Source of the DNA: an uncultured Chloroflexia bacterium | GTDB taxonomy: Bacteria; Chloroflexota; Limnocylindria; Limnocylindrales; CSP1-4 | Length of the DNA: 64,000 bases | Direction of reading: 5' to 3' | Assembly (NCBI GenBank): GCA_963828165.1 | Contig: CAWHDR010000001.1 | Coordinates: 736,001-800,000 of the forward strand | Shown: positions 59,804-64,000 of the stretch, piece after piece | Layout of the letters: the number at the start of each line of letters is the position of its first letter | How positions within the stretch are numbered: the first letter of the stretch is position 1 | The notes under the pieces: generated by a model | The model's input: the letters and a program-made list of their open reading frames with translations, nothing else | The model's database searches: none | Told to the model about the DNA's origin: nothing | Program-made: the position numbers and the translations under genes

Positions 59804-60316
59804 TCAGTCCGACGGGGGCGTGCGGTGCTCCAGCAGGACGACGTCCCGCCAGCGCCCACCGGGATCGCGCCCCAGGGCTCGCTGGACCCCCACCCGCCGA
59901 AACCCGACGGATTCATGGAGCCGGAGGCTGGCCGTGTTCTCGGCCATGACGCCGGCGAGCAGCGTCCAGAAGCCCGCCTGATTCGCTGCCGGGATGACCG
60001 CCTCGAGCAGCGCCCGCCCCACGCCCCGGCCACGAACCTCGGCCGCGACGTACACGCTCTCCCACGCGACACCGCTGTACACGCGGCGCGATGAATACGC
60101 CGTCAGGGCGACCCAGCCCAGCACCGCCGAGCGCGCCGACTCGCGCGCGACCAGCCGGCAGTCCGGTCGGTGCGACCGATCGAAGTGGTCCCAGTCGGGC
60201 GCCTCGCGCTCCAGCGTGGCGTCGCCCGTTGCGATTCCCTCGGCATAGATCCGGCGGACGATCGGCCAGTCGGCCGGCGTCATGGGATCGATCCGGAATC
60301 TGTGCACCGCCGCCAC
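59804..60316 (-). CDS. GNAT acetyltransferase (phosphinothricin/YncA-like)
   Basis: IY.EGI..ATLE, SVYV...RGRGVG, N.ASL.LH...GF. Confidence 0.88.
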   Translation of the reverse strand: MAAVHRFRIDPMTPADWPIVRRIYAEGIATGDATLEREAPDWDHFDRSHRPDCRLVARESARSAVLGWVALTAYSSRRVYSGVAWESVYVAAEVRGRGVGRALLEAVIPAANQAGFWTLLAGVMAENTASLRLHESVGFRRVGVQRALGRDPGGRWRDVVLLEHRTPPSD

Positions 60317-60345
60317 GGCGGCATCATCACATGTCCGCGGGGGGC

Positions 60346-61353
60346 TTAGCCGGGGCGTTCGATGACCGGCGTGACGAGCGTGCCGAGACGATCCACCTCG
60401 AGACTGACCTCGTCACCAGGCAGGAGATAGCGGCCCAGCGTGGCATCTCGCACCTCGAGCAGGCAGCCCGTGCCCACCGTCCCCGACCCGATCAGGTCGC
60501 CGGGTCGGAGCAGGGCGTCCGAGGACGCCCGGGCGGTGATGTCCGCCAGCCCGTGGACCGCGTCGGACCATCGACCGCGCGACGTCTCGACGCCGTTCAC
60601 GGACGCCGTCATCGCGAGGTCGAAGCCTCTGTCTGAGCGCGCGTCCTCGAGCTCGTCAGGCGTGACCAGCCACGGCCCGAACGAGCTCGCGAAGTCCTTG
60701 CCCTTGGCGGGCCCGAGCCGGACCGCCGTCTCGTCCCGCTGGAGGTCGCGCGCCGACCAGTCGTTGAAGATCGTATAGCCGCCGATCGCCTCCTCGGCAC
60801 GCTCGGGCGACAGGTCACGAGCGGGCGTGTCGATGAGCGCCGCGACCTCCAGCTCGTAGTCCAGCTCTTCGGATCCGCGCGGCGCCCACACGGGATCGCC
60901 CGGCCCGCGGATCTCGGACACGTTGGAGAAATAGAAGACGGCCAGGCGGTACCAGGCCTCGGGGACCTCGCCGCCGCGCCGTTCCCACATCGTGCGGACG
61001 TGGCCCTCGAAGCCATAGCCATCGCGGAGCGACGGCGGGGCCAGCAGTGCTGCCCCGAACACGAGGTCGGCGCCCTGCCCTACCGCTTCGTCGTCGTCGC
61101 CGCGGGGCTGGAACCCGTCAACGAGCTCGGTCAGCGCCGCGACGCGCAGCCCGCGCGCGAGGTGATCGTCGAGCGTCGTGACCGGCTGGCGGAACAGCGC
61201 CGCGTCGTGGGCGCGTGCCGGACGAGCGGCGACCAGCCGGCGACGGGCGAGCTCCAGGTCGAGCCAGCGGGTCGGGGGGTCGTCGAGGGCGGCCGCCAGC
61301 CGCCACGGCGCACCGGCCGGGGCGTTGCGCTCGCGAACGTGGGCCAAACGCAT
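60346..61353 (-). CDS. fumarylacetoacetate hydrolase family protein
   Basis: LDYELE, NDWSARD.Q..E, KGKDF, GD.IGSGT..GC. Confidence 0.88.
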   Translation of the reverse strand: MRLAHVRERNAPAGAPWRLAAALDDPPTRWLDLELARRRLVAARPARAHDAALFRQPVTTLDDHLARGLRVAALTELVDGFQPRGDDDEAVGQGADLVFGAALLAPPSLRDGYGFEGHVRTMWERRGGEVPEAWYRLAVFYFSNVSEIRGPGDPVWAPRGSEELDYELEVAALIDTPARDLSPERAEEAIGGYTIFNDWSARDLQRDETAVRLGPAKGKDFASSFGPWLVTPDELEDARSDRGFDLAMTASVNGVETSRGRWSDAVHGLADITARASSDALLRPGDLIGSGTVGTGCLLEVRDATLGRYLLPGDEVSLEVDRLGTLVTPVIERPG

Positions 61354-61369
61354 CGCTCGTGGCCTCGAC

Positions 61370-62146
61370 TCAGCTTCGCGTGAACGTGAGCGGAACCGCG
61401 CCGCCGAGGACGAGCCGCCCGGCTTCGTCCATCGACCAGGTCGCGATCCCGGCGAGGGCCGTCAGGTACTCGGCCTCGACGGCACTGGCCGGCGGCTCGC
61501 AGGCCATCTTCGTGGTAGCGAGCGGCCCGAGAGCCAGGGCATCGCCGGTCGACGTGTACGAGGCGGTGAACGTGTTGCACCCCGCAGATCCCGATACGGT
61601 CCCGTCTACCCCGAACTCGAGGGTCGGAACGGGGTGTGCGAGATCCGCGGTGCCACCCAGATCGGCGAGGCTCCATGACGTCCCGGCGAGGTTCGTGATC
61701 GGCTCGGCCGGCGGGTCGCCCGGAGGCCCCTCGGCGACGCCGGGCGCGGCAACGATCTCCGCCGCCCCACCGATGACCAGATTCCCATCGTCCCCCTGCC
61801 GCCAGGTTGCCGCGCCCTGCAGGCCCGACAGGAATGCCGCCTCCTGCTGTCCGCGCAGGCCCTCGCAGCCCATGAGCGTCGATGACACCTGGCCGAAGGC
61901 GATCCGGTCGCCGTCCGTCCGGAAGCCGCCGGTGTACTGGTTGCAGCCGCCGCTCCCGCTGACCGTGCCGCCAGCGTCGAAGGTCATGGTCGGGCGCGCA
62001 TCGGGCGCCGTGGGCTGCCCGGCGATCGAGAGGACGGTCCAGGACGTGTTGCCGAGGCCGCCGTTGGCCGTGTCGTCGCCACGCGGCGCGCAGGCAAGGA
62101 GGATCACGGCGAGGGTCGTCAGTGCGAGCAGCTTGGTGGTTGGCAT
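61370..62146 (-). CDS. lipoprotein with two META (HslJ-like) domains
   Basis: LLAC lipobox; 2x L..TSW, G.VSGS.GCN, T.M.C. Confidence 0.88.
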   Translation of the reverse strand: MPTTKLLALTTLAVILLACAPRGDDTANGGLGNTSWTVLSIAGQPTAPDARPTMTFDAGGTVSGSGGCNQYTGGFRTDGDRIAFGQVSSTLMGCEGLRGQQEAAFLSGLQGAATWRQGDDGNLVIGGAAEIVAAPGVAEGPPGDPPAEPITNLAGTSWSLADLGGTADLAHPVPTLEFGVDGTVSGSAGCNTFTASYTSTGDALALGPLATTKMACEPPASAVEAEYLTALAGIATWSMDEAGRLVLGGAVPLTFTRS

Positions 62147-62204
62147 GCGAGCTCCTGGCCTGACGGGCTGAGTCCGGACTCCGCGAGACGCGACGGTCAC
62201 CGCA

Positions 62205-62232
62205 AGACGGGGCTTCCCGGTGCCGTGGTTCC
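62205..62232 (-). promoter_or_regulatory. putative ECF-sigma promoter
   Basis: GGAACC-N17-CGTCT upstream of the META lipoprotein. Confidence 0.45.
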
Positions 62233-62241
62233 CGGGGCCGT

Positions 62242-62736
62242 TCAGAAGGGCTTGAACATCATCAGCCAGATCAGGACAAGCAGCCCGACGACCCCGACGA
62301 GCGCGATCACATCCGGCCGGCGCGAGTCGACGATGGCGGCCAGCTGATCGGCCGATACCGCGACGGGATCCGGGGCGTCCTTCGGTGTCTGCGGCGCGCG
62401 GATCCCCACGGCTTCACGGACGCGGCGGTAATAGGTCGTCGCAAGCGCGTACATCAGGACGGCGACCGTGACGAGCACCGCGATCGAAGCCCAGATCCAA
62501 CCTCGCGCGAAATGGCCACCGATGATCCCCGCCGCGATCCCGGCGATCAGCAGCGTCAGCAATGCCGCGTAGACAAGGCCAAGGCTGCGAGCGGACATCT
62601 CCAGCAGCACCCTGACCCGGGCCACGTCAGGTTCGTGGCGGATCTGATCCGACGCCCACATCGACGCCCCATGACCCATCACGAACAGGAACGCCGCCGC
62701 GACGTGGACGAAGACGATCCACGGATACCAGTCCAT
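62242..62736 (-). CDS. DUF2269-like membrane protein
   Basis: F.HV..A, W...S, C-terminal LM..KPF; GGAGGT RBS. Confidence 0.7.
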   Translation of the reverse strand: MDWYPWIVFVHVAAAFLFVMGHGASMWASDQIRHEPDVARVRVLLEMSARSLGLVYAALLTLLIAGIAAGIIGGHFARGWIWASIAVLVTVAVLMYALATTYYRRVREAVGIRAPQTPKDAPDPVAVSADQLAAIVDSRRPDVIALVGVVGLLVLIWLMMFKPF

Positions 62737-62849
62737 CAGGTACCTCCTCTCCCTCCGGGCATCGCGCATGACACGCGACGACCTACCCCGTCGTCAGGAA
62801 CGATAGCGGCGCGGGTGGCCCGAAGAGCGACCATGCCGGCAGCCAAGGG

Positions 62850-63971
62850 TCAGAGGTTGCCGCGCTTCTCCTGCTCGCGTTCGATCGCCTCGAACAGCGC
62901 CTTGAAATTGCCCACACCGAAGCCGCGCGAGCCGTGGCGTTCGATGATCTCGAAGAAGAACGTCGGGCGGTCCTGGACCGGCCTCGTGAAGATCTGGAGG
63001 AGGTAGCCCTCTTCGTCGCGGTCGGCCTCGATCCCGAGCTCCTCGAGCGTGTCGATCGGCACGCCGACATCGCCGACGCGATCCGCCAGCGTCGCGTAGT
63101 ACTCGTGCGGTAGCCCCAGGAACTCGACCCCGTTCTCGCGCAGCCGCCGGACCGTCCCCACGATGTCCTCGGTCCGCAGCGCGATGTGCTGGCAGCCGGG
63201 CGATCGGTACCAGTCGAGGTATTCCTGGATCTGGCTCTTCTTCTTGCCCGACGCGGGCTCGTTGATGGGGAACTTGATGCGGCCGTTGCCGTTGGTCATC
63301 ACCTTGGACATGAGCGCGCTGTAATCGGTGTGGATGACCTTGTCGTCGTAGTGGATCAATTGGGCGAAGCCCAGCACGTCCCGGTAGTAGTCGACGAACG
63401 TGTCCATCTCGCCCAGGGCGACGTTGCCGACGCAGTGATCGACCTCGAGCAGGCTGAGCCCGCCCGCCGCGCGCGCGGGTTTCGCGACCTTCCGGTATCC
63501 GGGGGCGAAGCTGCCGTGATAGTCACGCCGGTCCACGAAGGAGTGGAGCGTTTCGCCATACGTCCGGATGGACGCGCGGCGGAGGATCCCGTCCTCCCCA
63601 CCGTCGATCTCGGTCGGCTTCATGGCGGACGTGGCGCCACGGGTCGTGGTCTCGCGCCACGCCGAATCGACGTCCGCGACGGCGAACGCGATGTCGTGGA
63701 CCCCGTCGCCGTGCTCGCGGACATGCTCGGCGATCTCGCCGTCCGGGGTCAGGGGTGCGGTGAACACGAAGCGGATCCCGTTCTGGACCATGACGTAGCT
63801 CGCCCGGTCGCGCACCTTCGTCTCGAGGCCGCTGAACGCGACGGGCGTGAAGCCCCACAACGCCCGGTAGTAGGCCGCCGCCTGGCGGGCGTTCCCGACC
63901 CAGAATTCCACGTGATCGATGCCGTCGATCGGCAGGAAATCGGCGGCCTTGGCATACGCATCGGCATCCAC
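62850..63971 (-). CDS. hppD: 4-hydroxyphenylpyruvate dioxygenase
   Basis: IDHVEF.VGNA, HGDGV, DHCVGN, PINEP, QHIAL, LLQIFT, GFG.GNF.ALFEAIE. Confidence 0.95.
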   Translation of the reverse strand: MDADAYAKAADFLPIDGIDHVEFWVGNARQAAAYYRALWGFTPVAFSGLETKVRDRASYVMVQNGIRFVFTAPLTPDGEIAEHVREHGDGVHDIAFAVADVDSAWRETTTRGATSAMKPTEIDGGEDGILRRASIRTYGETLHSFVDRRDYHGSFAPGYRKVAKPARAAGGLSLLEVDHCVGNVALGEMDTFVDYYRDVLGFAQLIHYDDKVIHTDYSALMSKVMTNGNGRIKFPINEPASGKKKSQIQEYLDWYRSPGCQHIALRTEDIVGTVRRLRENGVEFLGLPHEYYATLADRVGDVGVPIDTLEELGIEADRDEEGYLLQIFTRPVQDRPTFFFEIIERHGSRGFGVGNFKALFEAIEREQEKRGNL

Positions 63972-64000
63972 GCGGGCGCCCGCCTGGTTGGCGGCCCCAC

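Noticed and set aside
1-64000. Mobile elements, prophage, defence systems, tRNA/rRNA
   Set aside because: No integrase, transposase, phage, cas or structural-RNA signatures recognised; the LAL ATPase has a LuxR HTH and is a regulator, not an Avs-type defence protein

Overview
High-GC bacterial chromosomal window with no rRNA, tRNA, CRISPR array or transposase that I can support. Gene content and style suggest Chloroflexota or a similar Terrabacteria lineage (inference only). Left to right: partial pheA; a TasA/SipW-type secreted fibre operon; a branched-chain amino acid cluster (ilvB-ilvN-ilvC-leuA-leuB-cimA-stand-alone LeuA regulatory domain) under a Leu-codon attenuator, with divergent leuCD and a distal ilvD. 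Between ilvB and leuC sits a c-di-GMP module: a membrane GAF-GGDEF-EAL protein, DUF5317, a c-di-GMP-I riboswitch and a small signal-peptide-like ORF ending GAGMRWSW, followed by a coupled micro-ORF with the same AGxRW motif. Further right: fabD-fabF-fabF; CopA fused to a cupredoxin; a Crp/GAF/S8-peptidase operon facing an MFS-cNMP gene and an acidic DDVEGH peptide; a CBS-flanked 2-oxoacid:ferredoxin oxidoreductase; an ECF sigma/anti-sigma pair; a LuxR-ATPase regulator; and dispersed tyrosine catabolism genes (hmgA, FAH, hppD). The best candidate for an undescribed system is the peptide/DUF5317/GGDEF-EAL/riboswitch module (12.2-15.9 kb), which looks like a peptide signalling circuit wired to c-di-GMP. 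Three single-base frameshifts are probably sequencing errors. All family calls come from motif recognition by eye; no database search was run.
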